44,769 nt of DNA from Collodictyon triciliatum (taxonomy: Eukaryota): contig JBHJMP010000845.1 of NCBI GenBank assembly GCA_043381765.1, positions 1-44,769 of the forward strand, in the 5' to 3' direction. The position numbers and the translations under genes are program-made. The notes beneath the pieces are model-generated. The model was not told the DNA's origin, did not search any database, and saw only the letters and a list, made by a program, of their open reading frames with translations. Positions 14,842 through 37,991 of the stretch are shown here, one piece after another (within the stretch, counting starts at the first letter, position 1; the number at the start of each line of letters is the position of its first letter).

Positions 14842-15043
14842 GAAAAAGAAAAAAAGAAAAAAAGAAAAGAAAAAAAGAAAAGAAAAAAGAAAAGAAAAAA
14901 AGAAAAGAAAAGAAAAAAAGAAAAGAAAAAAAGAAAAGAAAAAAAGAAAAGAAAAAAAGAAAAAAGAAAAGAAAAAAAGAAAAGAAAAAAAGAAAAGAAA
15001 AAAAGAAAAAAGAAAAAAGAAAAAAGAAAAGGAAAAAAAGAAA
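14842..15043. repeat. Compound (GAAAA/GAAAAAA)n purine tract
   Basis: Directly visible. It is the source of the spurious poly-F and poly-K ORFs. Confidence 0.9.
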
Positions 15044-15525
15044 ATGAGAAATAAGTACAGTAACCACACACAGAACCATAGAGACTTGCTGACAGACTCT
15101 TTCGATCTTGGTTGGACTTTTTGCTCACCCACAGCTTCTTTTAGTAGGTGTTTCGGCTGTTGAAACGAGAATAAGGGGGAAAGGGAATGCCTGGCCTTGA
15201 GGTGGGGGGTGGGGGCAGATTTATGGGTTCATATGATCGTATGCAGGCATGAACCTAATTAGAATGTCTAAAATAGGATATTGTCCTATGGCGAACAGTA
15301 TCTGGGTGGCTTATTTGCGAGGGTTTGTGGGGATGCAAAGAGGGAAGCAAACGCGTTGGTGCGCCACTATATAACGTGGCATGAGAAAGTGTGTGTCGGA
15401 AGATTGAGTACTAGGAGCCCGATTAGAAATTTTATATATACGCTTTCTCTTGGCCGAGTAACTAGATGATGGACTTACTGGCCAAGAGAAAAGAACAACC
15501 CAACAGAATATATCACAACCCAACG

Positions 15526-18445
15526 TCACACGATTAAACAGCCGTGGATTTTGCAATTGCGGGGCGCTTGCACACTTGCTGAATCTGTACCAGCGATGTC
15601 CTTTTTGCTCGTTTCCTCCTTTTGAGCTCGGTCTACAGGAATTGCAGATGCATTTCCTACTGGGATTAGTTCATGTTGTGGGTTTGGGTTGGCAGGTTCT
15701 GGTACTGGTACTGGTAGAGCCGGCTGTTTTAAATGCTTGTTCTGGTCTTTCTTTTCACAGACGTCTTCCCATGTCCATTTAAGCGGACAAGCTGTCTTCT
15801 CAGCGATACTCGCAGATATTGGATTCAAATACAAAACTATTGCACTAACGTTATCACCAGCATCGAATTCATGGCTCCAGCCTTTAACACAGGTCTCAAC
15901 GAGTTGATTTGTTGCCTATTGAAAGGGTCTAAATAAGTTTACCTTCGAAATGAATTCAACGAGGGAAAAACTCAAGTCACATGCGTAGTCTTCGAAATGA
16001 TTCCCCACCTCTGTCGGATTTGTATATTTTGAAACAAGTTCGATAGCCTCCTGTGTCATAAGCCTGATTTAGATGATTTTTTTCATGTCTCTTCATCGAT
16101 GGGTTGGATGGATGTGTCTGGTGATACTCAATGCTTTTGAATGTACAATTTATTTTTCTTCAAGAATAGAACCTGATTCGATACGATGTCCCATACTCCA
16201 TCAGTGGCTAAAATGAGAATCTTGTCGAATTCATCCAAGGGCTTAGATGTAACATCAGGGTCAGAGATTACTCCCAATGAATGGGCCATGATGTCGCCTA
16301 CGTGAGCATATTGATGTAAAGATGGATGTATTCTCGATTACATTAAAACTTTGCGTGCGAAAGAGATATCCTCAAATGACCTATTGTCCTGGATGTAACA
16401 AGGCCTGGATATGATTTTCCCTCGGCATAAATGCGCATTTCGTCGTATTCTCCTGGTGGGAGGCAAGGGTCGTGTCCAACAACACCTTTATTCTGTCAAA
16501 TATCATAGAAATTTTATGAATACTTTTTTTTATTTAAAAACAAAAACTCATTCTTGTCCCAATCTTAGAGCCATACTGCTTCAATTCTGGCACGCTCCGA
16601 GGACATTTCTCCAACACGGTGGTCCTGGGTTATAGGAATGGCGTTGAGATGAGCTGTTGTGGAATCTCCTGTTGAGTTATCATGGGGGATATTTGGAAGT
16701 CTCTTTTCTTGAGAGAAAGCTGCGTGATGGCAAGAAAAGCATTCTCTGTATGTATTGTAATCACATCAACAAAGTATTAATTTCAGGTTACTTTAATACA
16801 TATCCAACTAAAAGATGTACTCTTAATCGTATGAAAATAGGGGATGTCATGTCACAGATACTTATTTCGTTGCCTTCATAAAACTTGGGCCAAAACTTAT
16901 CGAATTCCTATAAAAATGGCAAGTTATGTCATTAAGTCAATACCTTCCCAGAACAACCCTCGAATCCCCGACATGAGCCACAGTCAATCTTGTTCCGTCT
17001 ATAAAAGCCACAGAGGCTGTTGCTCCGGACATAAGGTACTGAGAACCAAGCTCCTCAGCTAGTTTCTACGAATTCATAAATATCAATACCGAAGATGAAA
17101 GAGTTTGGCAAAATTGATGCACCAAGTATACCTGGGCATGAAGAAACGCCTTGGTGAATATCTCTCGCAGCTGATCATCAGTAAGCTCCTTAGGATTGGT
17201 CCCAATATTTTCTTTCAGCGATTTAATAATGGCATCGCAGGTCAGTTGCGCCACCTTTCAGAGCGTAAACTGTCATTAGTCAACGAACTGCGAAGCATAC
17301 ACATTTAAAAAAAGCAAAGAAAAAAAAAGAAGGAATATATTGATGATACGGTATGGACGGATGGTCGCAAGTGTACCTCTTCTCCACCACGGCCGTGTCC
17401 GTCGAACATACCAAAAAGGGCTGTACCTGGAACGTCGTTTATGTTCTGGAGGGTGCACAGAACATCCTGGCCAATAAGATTTGATACATATGCACAGCTC
17501 ATTAATAAGTACACAAATAGATGAGATTACAAAGAAAACATATGTTAAATTACATCTCCCTTACTTGATTATATGAAGCGTTGAACCCATCATCTGATAT
17601 CGCCCCATACAAGGGATTGATAGTAAAGGAAGCGTTATCTGGTGATTCGTGCTTCGCTTCTGCCATGGGAGGTCTAGTGCTCATCCTCCGTTGCCGGCCA
17701 ACTTTTTTGTCTGGATGCAAATGCTGGAGTAGATATTTTCTCCCACCGTGCAAATCTGAAGCTTCAAGTTCGGTCTGGTCAAAGGAATGAACCGATTGAA
17801 AAGAATTCATAACAAATCAAAATAGATAATTCACCACCAGGATGATATATCGTAAAGGTCAAGCATGATATATCCTAATCATGTAGATGCAAGGAAAAAA
17901 ATACGCTTTCGAGAGGATAATCAGCTATAGTATGCGCGCTCTTTTCGGACATTTTCTATGCAAAATAAAAAACATATACCAATATATCTCATGTTAATGA
18001 TTATCGCAATTATTCAAAGATTTCTCCATCACCTCGCGGAAACACAACTCATGCCAATACACGAATAATGAAATAGAGAAATACATATCTATATATTTAG
18101 ATGGATGGATAAATAAAGAAAAGAAAGACATACAGCAGCATTGTCCTCGACAAGATTTGAGGCGGCCAGTGTGGATGCAGAGGCCGCATACCGCACGCTC
18201 AACCCCCCGTCAGCTGGCTTCAAAGGCGACGAGGAGTATGACTGCACGTGGGCCCTGTGGATGCTCTGAACCACGGACTGCGGAAGAGGGCTCAACTGGG
18301 CCTTTGTAAGTGGGCGGGTCTTTGGCGTTGTCACTGGGGCGAGACTCTGCGGACTCTGCGGTGTGCTCCACGACTGAACAGACAGCGGGGAGCCGGGCAA
18401 GGCGTTGCTTGGCGCCTGGACCGGGGTTGCTTCGTCCCGCTGCAT
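15526..18445 (-). CDS. Protein phosphatase 2C (PPM family), about 9 exons, with C-terminal CaaX box
   Basis: Spliced motifs YNQ|D, LFGMFDGHGRGG, SGATASVAFI, AHVGDSRVVLG, ITQDHR, ERARIE, YPGLVTSRTIGDIMAH, ILATDGVWD, GDNVSAIVL. The protein ends ...NCKIHGCLIV*. Confidence 0.92.
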
Positions 18446-19248
18446 TTGCTACAGGCTACTCGTGCAAGAAGTGAGCAGACACATAGGCCGATACAGAAAA
18501 GGTTGGGCTGCTGCGGCATGGTTTTGCCCGAGCAAGAGATCAATGGCCGGGTTTGTATTATCCCCAACGACTTTTTTCTCCACTTTTTTTCAATTCAAAG
18601 TTTATTGCTCACAATTTGGTTATCATTTACTTTCCCAAGCTTTTTTTATTGCCTTTGTTATTTTTTATCCTATTTTTTTTTTCTTTTATTATCATCATGA
18701 TTATCAATCGGTTAGGATTCTTGTGTTCTCTTTGTCTGCAGCTGTATGGCAAACTTTGCTTGTTTGCTTTGGGAGGCAATTTCTTTGAATAACGGACAAA
18801 AAAAGGAAAGCAAAAGCGCGGACTGATGTGGAACACAACGAACCACAAATATAGAAACAAGATTCGAATCGAATATCCTTATGTGATCCCATCAACCGAT
18901 GTATAATTTAGTATATATGTGGAACTTAGCTGATCAACCCCATCGAATGATTCCATCCCGGCCAAACCCAGATCTTGCTGCCCTGCTTCTGCAAACTATC
19001 GCGCTGATCAAGCTGGCCGAACGTGACTCAGCATATTCAATCGAAGGGCAACTCTACGAAGCAGCTGATCAGTCTCCCCATAGTATTACCTGTCTCAGGC
19101 CTGACCAAGCTACCCACCCGAAAGGCCTAGACACTCCAGTGCATTTGACTCGACCATCCTCACCGGATCTAACTGGCAGCTCTTGTACGCCCCTGTAGGC
19201 TGAAGCCCAGAGAGAAGTAACCCGAAATAACAAGAAGAAAAGCAGAGA

Positions 19249-21500
<2,252 letters not shown>

Positions 21501-21877
21501 TTGCGGCAGGCTCTGCACGTCCAGAGTGTTCGCAGCAAACGAAAATAAACAAAACAAATACAATACAAAACAAATACAATACAATACAATACAAGGCGGA
21601 AGGGAAATTGGGGCCTAAGGGTTAGGGGTTTGGCTTGAAATAGCTCTTTGAGCCAGGAGAATCGAGAGGAGAGCTTAGCAGAAAGGACTCCCTCTTGCCT
21701 GTCGGTGATTTCAAAGTCCCGTGAAAGGAAGAGAGGATAAGAAGAGAAATAACATCTGAAGGAGCGAGGAACGAGAACTCTCTTTTAACCTCATATTCTT
21801 TTGTTGTTGTTTTGAAAAAGAAAAAAAAAGTAGGTAACAAATAAGTTGGAGGATCGAGATCTTCAAGCCTGAAGAGA

Positions 21878-24843
21878 ATGTCCCGGCCCTCTTCTACAGG
21901 CATATTTCTCACATAAAGCTAATGTTCCCTTTCTTTTTCCATAGCCTTTTTCCCTTTTTCTATTTTCTATTTTCTATTTTCCTTTTCTTTTCGTCAGCTT
22001 TTGCAATTCACTTATGGATTAAGTGTGACACTCTTGCGAGAATGGGAATAGAGCTGAGTTGGCTAGCAGTAATCAAACTACAGAGGAAGATTCAGCAGAA
22101 AAAGAGCAACTAAATATGCTTTCTGTTTTCTTTCAGATGCATCTCGTTTCGACATTACAGCAAAGGAGGCAGAACTTAGGTTCTATTATTTGTTCGATAG
22201 GCTTGTCAAAATAGAAGAAGAATATGATATTCATATAAATTACTTAAAGAGTTTATCATATTGAGACCGATATCTAGCCATTATTACTCCTTCAAAAGTG
22301 TATGCCTATTTATAGACGTAACATACTGCCCCACTCCTTTTTGTTTTTGTTTTTTGTTTTTGTTTTTGTTTTTTGTTTTTGTTTTTTGTTTTTTGTTTTT
22401 TTTGTTTTTTTGTTTTTTTGTTTTTTTGTTTTTTTGTTTTTTTGTTTTTTTGTACTTTCAGGAGAAGAAATGAAGAACTCGATGCTCTAAAGCAGCAAGT
22501 TGTGCGAAAGGCTGAGGCTGCATTGGTAATAAATGGACTTATTTAATAATTTAAGATTTTAAATTTTTCTATAACATTTCATACTAAAGAAAAAGAAGTT
22601 GTGTAAGATAATACTATAATGTTCCCTATCTTACTTATCCGGTTGTTTTCAAATCCAAACCTTAACAAAGAAAGAGCCAGGAGGGAAACTTGCAAAAGAC
22701 ACACGTGATATTATACAGACATGGTTAGTGAAGAACTTCATATTCTCTAAACAAATTTACCTTCAGTTCTTAACACTTCCCTAAGCATAATCCACCTCTC
22801 CTACTATCGTCATTCAGTCTTAGTACTCGGGCATCATCAGAATCGATTGCACAAGGTCCAAGTATGCGGGTAATATTTTTATTTCATATCTTCAACCTTA
22901 TTTTATTTTTAAAGCTTTTGTTATTACTGTCAAACCGATATGCGTACAAATATTATTGATATTCTAAAATGCACATAACCCAAAAGGAGTCCGACATATA
23001 TTCTTCGCGTCAGTCGCTGGGTTCACCTTCGGAGAAGTGAGTGCTATCAGATATTGCTGGTTAAGAACTATTTATCAAATTTTAGGCTAAAACAACTAAC
23101 AACTGCATCCATATTTTCTTTTAATGATAACGCTTTGAATAAATACAATATTGCGCTAACTCATTCATTCAAGCAATCCTATACCACCTGTTTCGAACTC
23201 ATCGAGGTTTCGTTACACAATCATAATCTCCAACTGCACATGCGCTGCCTACATATGTGTTTGTTCTTGAGCCTTTTTAAAATATATATCAAAACTGACT
23301 ATTCAAAGGCCCACTATCGACCGGTATGGAACAGCTTCACAACCAGCCGGTAACTTGGTCACACCCCAGGACAGTTCAAATGCAGTCATAGATGGAGCTA
23401 GTTTAGGTTCTCAACCGCGACAATTATCGCCAAGATATAAATGCGTGGATTATCTGCCTCATACAACACGAAAAAGTCTAACCATCGTTTAATTTTCCTT
23501 GCGCAGAGGCTCAAGTTCGTTTTTTGAAGGCAAAGTTAAAAGTAGCTCAAGGTGACCTTGAAACAGCCAAGAGTGAAAACGAAAGAAAGGTGACGTTTAC
23601 TATGATAGAAAGAGAACCATGTATTAGTTTTCAGTGCAATAAAATTGTGATATATTCATTGTTTAGGATTTGGAAATTTCGTCACTGAGGCAAAAGCTCA
23701 AAGACTCATCTGATTCACTCTCATCTGCACAAAAAGCACTGTCATCATTAGAGGTAATTTGCATCATCCAGTGTACTACTGTCTCAAAACACATCACCGT
23801 TTTTCTTTTTCTTTTTTCCGAATTTTGGTAATATCAGGTTTATCGAAGAGACTAAATGGGACTTGTCGAATGTTTTTAGATTCAACTTGAAAAAGCTACT
23901 AAACAGAGTGAAGAAACGAAAAGCAAACTCCTTGCAACTGAACAGCAACTTCTGTCAATACGTAAGGTATAAATAATCTTTACATCAAACATACTTTGCT
24001 TTCATGATTTGAATTAAATGTTGTATGTGTGTTTTTGGTTTTGGGTATTTGTTCGTTTGACGTAATCGCCCTTCAATTTTATCTTAACTTCTGGATATCA
24101 GGAGCACGATTCTACTCAAAAAGCACAGAAGCAGTCAGAATCCGATAATAGTGCTAGAAACGCGAGGTTTTTCTATAAAAAAAAAATTAAATAATAATAA
24201 TGATAAATTCAAAACAAAAACTACAAAATTATTAATACTGTATATTAAACTTCCATAAATTATACCAGCACGAGTGATTATTTTCAATTTAACTCTGTAT
24301 AATTTAAGATTAAACCGGGCTCTGGAAGAAGTTGAAAAATACAAAAAGCTTTGGAAAGAGGCATCTGAGCAGGGTCGTGAATCGTCCGGACTCACAAAGC
24401 AGCAGTTCGAAAAAATGACCCTGTACTATTTATACACTCAGCATGGTTTTTACAAATAATAATAATAATATAACAATAACAATAATAATGTAATCAAAAA
24501 TTTGATAAAATATGTTGAAATCCATTCTCCAGTCACTTACCTACCTTTCAAATGCCATTCAGCGACTTAAAGAAGCTTGAGAAGCAAAAAACTGAATTAT
24601 TGCAGGCATTCAAGAAACAGCAGAAATTAATAGACACCCTGAAGCGACAAAAGGTACCTATTTCTATTCTGCTCATGGCATCGACTTACATCATTCAAGT
24701 AAAAGCTGTATGTATTATTCCTTTATACGCACGTAAACAGAGTTTTTCTTATCATGTAGTTGCATCTGGAAGCGGCCAGATTGCTGTCTTTTACCGAGGA
24801 GGAATTCAGCGCTGTTTTAGAGCTTGGAGAACGAGCCAATTAG
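21878..24843 (+). CDS. TEX9: TEX9-like coiled-coil protein (centriolar satellite/cilium associated), multi-exon
   Basis: Motifs DITAKEAELRRRNEELDALK, EAQVRFLKAKLKVAQGDL, RLNRALEEVEKYK, LKKLEKQKTELLQAFKKQQKLIDTLKRQK|LHLEAARLLSFTEEEF are characteristic of TEX9. The start at 21878 requires a GC-AG first intron, and the middle exon phases are uncertain. Confidence 0.88.
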
Positions 24844-25867
24844 GAATTTACAACTGCGATGAAAAACTGCTCCGTCTTGCTCTTCTTATCTCATGAAACG
24901 TGTAGATAAAGCATCAGACAAATTATGACCTTCTAGTTAGCATTCATGGATTAGTTAATTTTTAAGGAATTTTATACATTGTATCTAAAATGTCAACGCA
25001 CGCATGACTACGTTTCCATGTTGTAATGTAGTGTGAAGATTCCGTAAGACTGAATAGATATTAAATATATGATTAAGCTTATACGGCGGGGAAGAAAGCA
25101 AAACCCAAACGCCAACATTTCTTTTAAAAAAAGAAAACAGCTCTTAACAGAAGTACTAGAAAGATACATGAATAACTATACATTAAGAAGTGCGGGTTGA
25201 TCTATTCCCAATCGCAAGTATAAGCAACAACAGGAATAAAATAAAATAAAATACATACATGCTTCATTTATTTTTTCTTTTTCCAAATGTATTTAATAAA
25301 TCGCACTATCGCTTTTGTCCCCCGGCGCATGAAAATTACTGTTGTGAATCGCTTGGACATCGATACGGCTTCGATTTGAGAAACGAGAATTTGAGACGGA
25401 ATATATCTCTGAATGCAAATCATGCAACATAGTGTGTTGATTTCCTACTCGACATAGTATTATCGAGGGACTCATCCAATCAACTTTAATGATATTTCTA
25501 GGTAACCTTTCAAACTCGACGCAATCACCAGAAATTCAAGTGATGAGACGAGCTATTGAGTCCCCTGACCGTCTGCTTTATCCTGATGAACCTTCCATCA
25601 CATCACCAAAACACGCAGAATCTCACACATGCTCATCATATAGCTCCACCTTACCCAGTCCTTCGGTGCCTTTCTCTTTCAGACTTCCAACTCTATGTAA
25701 AAATCAGATGTTCAAGTATATATCACGAAAGCCACTATTTCTAGAAAAGAAAAAAAAGGATTGTCCTACTCTTGATAGCACCGCGCAATTTCTGGATATC
25801 ATCATCATCATCACCATCATGCATTATGCTGTATTTTTTTATATCAAAATGATGGTGACAGCGCTGC

Positions 25868-29191
<3,324 letters not shown>

Positions 29192-29737
29192 GCTTCTGTC
29201 TTGTTGCCTGCCTGCCTGCGTAAGTTCAGTTCAGTTCAGTTCAGTTCAGCTCGGTTCCTGGGAAACGCAAGGAAGGCCCGCGTGGGGCGGACTCAGTCTT
29301 CTTGTAGATCTGACCTCGTCTGACTCGACCCGACTCCCTCACTCACCCAGTCACCCAGTCAGCCAAGCGGGCAAAGGAGGGCGAGTGCGGCCGGCCCTCC
29401 AAGTCTTTATTCGTCGCCGGGGTGTGAAAGAAGCAAATGAAACATAAAAGAAAAAAAAATAAAGAGGAAAGTGGAAAGAAGGGAAGGATGGTGGGTGTGA
29501 GAAGCGAAGGGGGTTTCGCCAGTGAAGTGAGTAAATAAGCGAGAAGTCTGAGATAAACAGAAAAAAAAAGTGGGAAAGGGCAGAGAAAGAGAGAAAAGAA
29601 AGAAGGAAAAAGAGGACAAGCGAAATGCGAGAGAACGTCCCAGCTGTGACCCTTCCAGATTGCGTTTCTCTTTCTACTTTCTTCTTTTCCTCCTTGCGGC
29701 TTCATTTTGCCAGCCAGCGTGCCGCGCACAACGCGCC

Positions 29738-33071
<3,334 letters not shown>

Positions 33072-33939
33072 CCTCTCTATCCCTTCGATAAGCCTGCCAA
33101 CAAAAAGGAGTGAATAAGCAGTGAGTGTGTTGGACAGAGTTGTCGGTCAGAGAGGCTGCTCTTGCGGCTGGAGTGGGTCGAATTGCTGTTCGGATCGTTA
33201 GAGTCTAGCCTTGGTGTTCTTGGGCTTTCTGCTTCTTGTGTGGCGTTGGTTTGATTGGGTTGGCCGGGCTTCGATAAATCACTTTCGAATCTCCACTTTT
33301 GCTACAGAATAGCACATTTGAGCGAGATATAGTTCATAGGTTGCTACTTTAGCCAAGCCACAATTTCCATTTCGCCAATTCATCAGCTTGTTGAATTATA
33401 CATGATTTAGATACATTTACAATTCTTACAAATTAATTAATTTGTCATTAGTACAATATACTTATGAATACATTTAGATCATATATTCCGCAATTAGGTT
33501 AATAGCTCTGCGCTATTTTGGCTACGGCTACTTCGTGGTCTTTTTGATAGGGCTCAACCACCGATCCAGTTTGGTTTTCACGCAGGGCAATCACTTGGCC
33601 CGCAAGCATTGCACCGGCACATTTGTTGGGGCTGCGCGACATCAGGATACGGAAAAAGCAATTTTCCAGAAATGGACCTATTCATTGAATCATTCTGCTC
33701 ATTCCTGTTCCCACCAACCACATCACCCCAAGGGCGGAGTGTCTCGTGAAGTGGTACAGATCTGGCGTAGTCACAGAGTGCGCCGCTGAGCAGAGTGAGT
33801 TTCAGGAAAGGTCGCTGTGTGGGTTCTGCAGTTGGGAGAGCAAGGCAGCCACATCTACAATGCAAACGATAGCATAAAGAAGACAAGAAGATAGCTTGGT
33901 TTCTTCATTCCTACTGATTATGCATTCATATACTACCTA

Positions 33940-34044
33940 TTTGTTTTGTTTTGTTTTGTTTTGTTTTGTTTTGTTTTGTTTTGTTTTGTTTTGTTTTGTT
34001 TTGTTTTGTTTTGTTTTGTTTTGTTTTGTTTTGTTTTGTTTTGT
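33940..34044. repeat. (TTTTG)n microsatellite, probable PAP 5'UTR intron
   Basis: Directly visible. An AG immediately precedes the PAP ATG at 34129. Confidence 0.9.
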
Positions 34045-34128
34045 TTTTGTGTTTGTTTATACATAAAAAATTTTCTTATTCATATATATTATTTCTGTTA
34101 TTCATTCTTTTTTATTAAAAAAAAATAG

Positions 34129-37100
34129 ATGACTGTTGTGCGTAACACCCGCAGCAGCAAAACTCTGCTTTGTATTGCTTTGATCGCCGTCTCGTTTGTA
34201 GCCGTGTCTGTGTTTGCAGAAGGGTTGGACGATGTCTTCATCTCTTTTCTCAACCGCAAAAACCCGGACGGCACTACAGACTTGCAGATGCGGTTTGCTT
34301 TGTAGATACAATAAAATAAAGGAAACGACATGATTTATTTCTGCAGCCTCCTTTCATGTTGCTCTCTGTTGCATGATTTTTAAGTAACTTGAGGATTTTT
34401 TTCCAAGAAAAAGATAGCTGAGAGTTTTGTCTAGTTCACCGCGTGTAATATCTAAAATAAGTCATGTTTGAATACGACACTACTTTTCTTTCAAAAGCCT
34501 TCCCGACAAGCACTTTCTACGAACAAAGTCGCTCCTTCGTCTACAGACCGACCCTCAAGTTCTGTCGCACACTGGTAGGATTTATGCACTGAATCCATCA
34601 CTACCATAATTTATTCTCATCTCCCCAAGACGCTTAAGGTTAAGAGGCTTATTCCTTTGCCTAATATATATAGTTGCTTTTCTTGGTAACAAAAACAACA
34701 TTTCTGCATTTTCTTCTCTGACTTTCATACCATAGGCGACTTCGTGACTGTGAGCTGGGATGGAATCCTGGACCCCCACGAAGATGATTGGATCGGTACG
34801 CTAGATCTACTACTTACATCTAAATGATTTATTATTCAGAGAAAATATAAAGATCTAACGGGAAGGCATTTTCTTCATATTATCAAGGACTCTATATCTC
34901 ACCAGATGTGCCATTTGATGATTACTTGGATTATTATTGGGTTCGCGAGGTGAGTATTAAAGTTCTGGATATATTCCTTACATGACCCATGTACAGTTAA
35001 CTCGTTGTGTTAACAATAACTGACGCATAGAACAAGAGCAGTTTGCAAGGATACGGAGAGTTTACCTTTCCACTGGTAAACATGCGCAGGCCATATCTTT
35101 TCCGTTACTTCCAGTCTCAGGTACCCAAGATGGGGGATCTTATTTGCCCTCACATTCATACTTTGTTTAATTTGTTTTATTTCCTCTATGTCATCTCACT
35201 CACCTGTAAGTGCTGGAATGCAGGGTGACGATCACTATGTCTTGATTGCGGAAAGTAATCCTGTTACCTTTGCCAACACTTCGGAACCTACCCAGGGCCA
35301 CATTGCGTTGACAGGAAATCCTGACCAAATGAGGTTCTTTTCGTATAGAGGTTTTTATACCATATTCATCTCTCTCATGGAGTACATTTGTTTAATCTTG
35401 TAGGGTGATGTTTGTCACAAATACGTTCGATGTCCCAATTGTGAGATATGGCATCGACCCTCGGGCACTTGTGAATGTTGCTGTGGGCTCATCTCGCACA
35501 TATGGTGCTGATATGGTATGCAGTGATAACTAAGTTACTTGAGCATGGAAGGTTGATATGAACTTATTTTAACATTTAGTACGCCAACGATACGTTCAGC
35601 CTTTTCAACATGCCGAATGCTTAATACATTAGATTTGTGGTCGCCCTGCAAATATTGCTTCATCATTCTGGTTCATCGACCCTGGTGTAATCCACGACGT
35701 TTTGTTGCAAGACCTTCGCCCAGAGACGATTTACTACTATGTATGCTTGTCTTTATCTCGAAATTTAAGTCATGATATTTCCTATGATTAGTATGTCTTT
35801 CTCCTTTGGCAAACTGAAATAGTATTTTTTTTTCCTTTATTCGATTCAAAGGCAAACTGAAATAGTATGAATGCAACTGGACTCTCTCGCCTCTCTCGCA
35901 CATTTATGTACTTATTCATATATTCTGTGCTCATTACAACACGTACAGTCATACGGGCATGCTGATGGCATCATGAGTGATGTCCGCACTTTTAAAACTG
36001 CACCGTTGGTTGGTTCAACAGGTCCCTTTCAGTTTGCTGCTTTTGGTGATATTGGGCTTTCGGGTGCCCCTGGTGCGCAGACTACTGTGGATAGCATTCT
36101 CCGAAATGCCGATAACACAGATTTTGCACTTCTCTTCGGAGATATCTCGTATGCATTGGGTCGTGGCTCTACTTGGGAACAATTTATGAACTTTATGGAG
36201 CCTATGTCCACCCGAGTCCCTCTCATGGTCAGTATTGGTAAGTCAACATACCATCAACTAGCATTACATACACCAATTGGGCTTCCCCCTTTATTCGATT
36301 CAAGCGAAGGAATGCTTTTTAGATAATTTTTTTTAAAAAAAGTCTGACGTAGTTGTATGCGCCTAAAATACACCAAGTGGTTTATTTTGCGTTATCTAAA
36401 TGAATACTCAGATTCTATGAACCTCATTAATCGTTTCCTTTGGGGAAATAGGGCGATCCTTTTAAACTTCATCTCTATTAGGAAACCACGAATATTGCTA
36501 TCTAGATCAAAGCACTAAGGACCCCAGTGGTGCTACAGGGAACGGTTCACCTTATTTTGTTGTTGTTATTTTATTTTATTTTTATTGAAAGAGCATTGAT
36601 ACTGGCCTATTGGTTCTAAAGATTTAATGACGCAGGGTTTCATCCTGACTGGGGAAATTATGGAAATGGTGTTTTACTCAAGATACAATTTATCTGGCAA
36701 TAGACATATATCAACTCTGATCAGCTCCATAAAATCCACTAATTACCTATGGCTTCTGTTATCATATTCTCTTTTACCTTTATATGTTTGTGATAATATT
36801 TGCTCCATAATAGATGGAGGAGGTGAGTGTGGCGTCCCGACTTACTATCGATATCACATGCCTGATGTCAGCAATGGGAACTCGTTGTTTTGGTACAGGT
36901 AAAGGCGCATATTGACAGTATTTTGTCCATATAACTGTTTATAATAATGGCAACCATCTTCCTGGTCTCATATTTCTATTCTTTTTCGTGTCTGCCATAG
37001 CTTCAACCATGCAAACGTTCACATCATCCAATTTTCGACTGAGCATGGTAGGTCGACCAATAGTTTTTTTTTTTTTTTACTACTATTACCATTACTATTG

Positions 37101-37898
37101 CCATCATCATCACATATGTTATTTCTATGCATGTATGTATCATTTTCATCACTGGTTTTATCTACTGGTTTTTCGATAATATCGCACAATCGATAGATTT
37201 CCTTCCTGGATCGCCGATGTATAAATGGCTGGAATATGACCTAGCCTCTGTTAATCGTTCTGTTACCCCTTGGGTTATTGTTACCGGACATCGCCCTATG
37301 TATAACAGTGAAAAGTATTTTGATGATTTCAGGTTAGTTAAGAAGACTTCTTCAAGCACAATTATTATCTTTTTCAATCCACGAGGAAGAAATCCGCTCT
37401 ACCCGTCGCTCCTATTACAAGGTATAAGTCCTACACTAATAAATTACCCCTGCAATAACCATAGGGTGGCTGAAAATATGCAAATAGCACTGGAAGATTT
37501 GTTTGTAGCCTACAAGGTCGACCTGCTCCTCTATGGCCACTATCACAGCTACGAACGGTACTATTCATGTTCTTTGCTATTAATTTTTCTTCTGTTTTTG
37601 TATGTGTATGCCATTGAGTACGTAGCCTAGTCACTCATAACACCAACGACCACGTCACGTTTTTCTTGGAATATTTTCTCATGCTTTAAACTAAATACAC
37701 GCGACCATCCCAAAGAACGTGCCGCGTCTACCGAAACAAATGCGACCCCAACGGCCTCATTCACATCACTGTCGGCTCGGCCGGTGCTGGTCTGGACTCT
37801 GCAGACTATTTTGATGTAGAGTGGAGAGCGTATGCAGAACAGCAGCACGGATATGCCCAGATTTATGTGCGGTGTTTCCATCAATAACGGCCTGTTGA

Positions 37899-37991
<93 letters not shown>

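Noticed and set aside
14563-15163. Poly-F and poly-K/E/R ORFs, and similar ORFs at 1651, 3362, 9501, 21170, 30396, 39207 and 41316
   Set aside because: They are translations of microsatellites in introns or UTRs.
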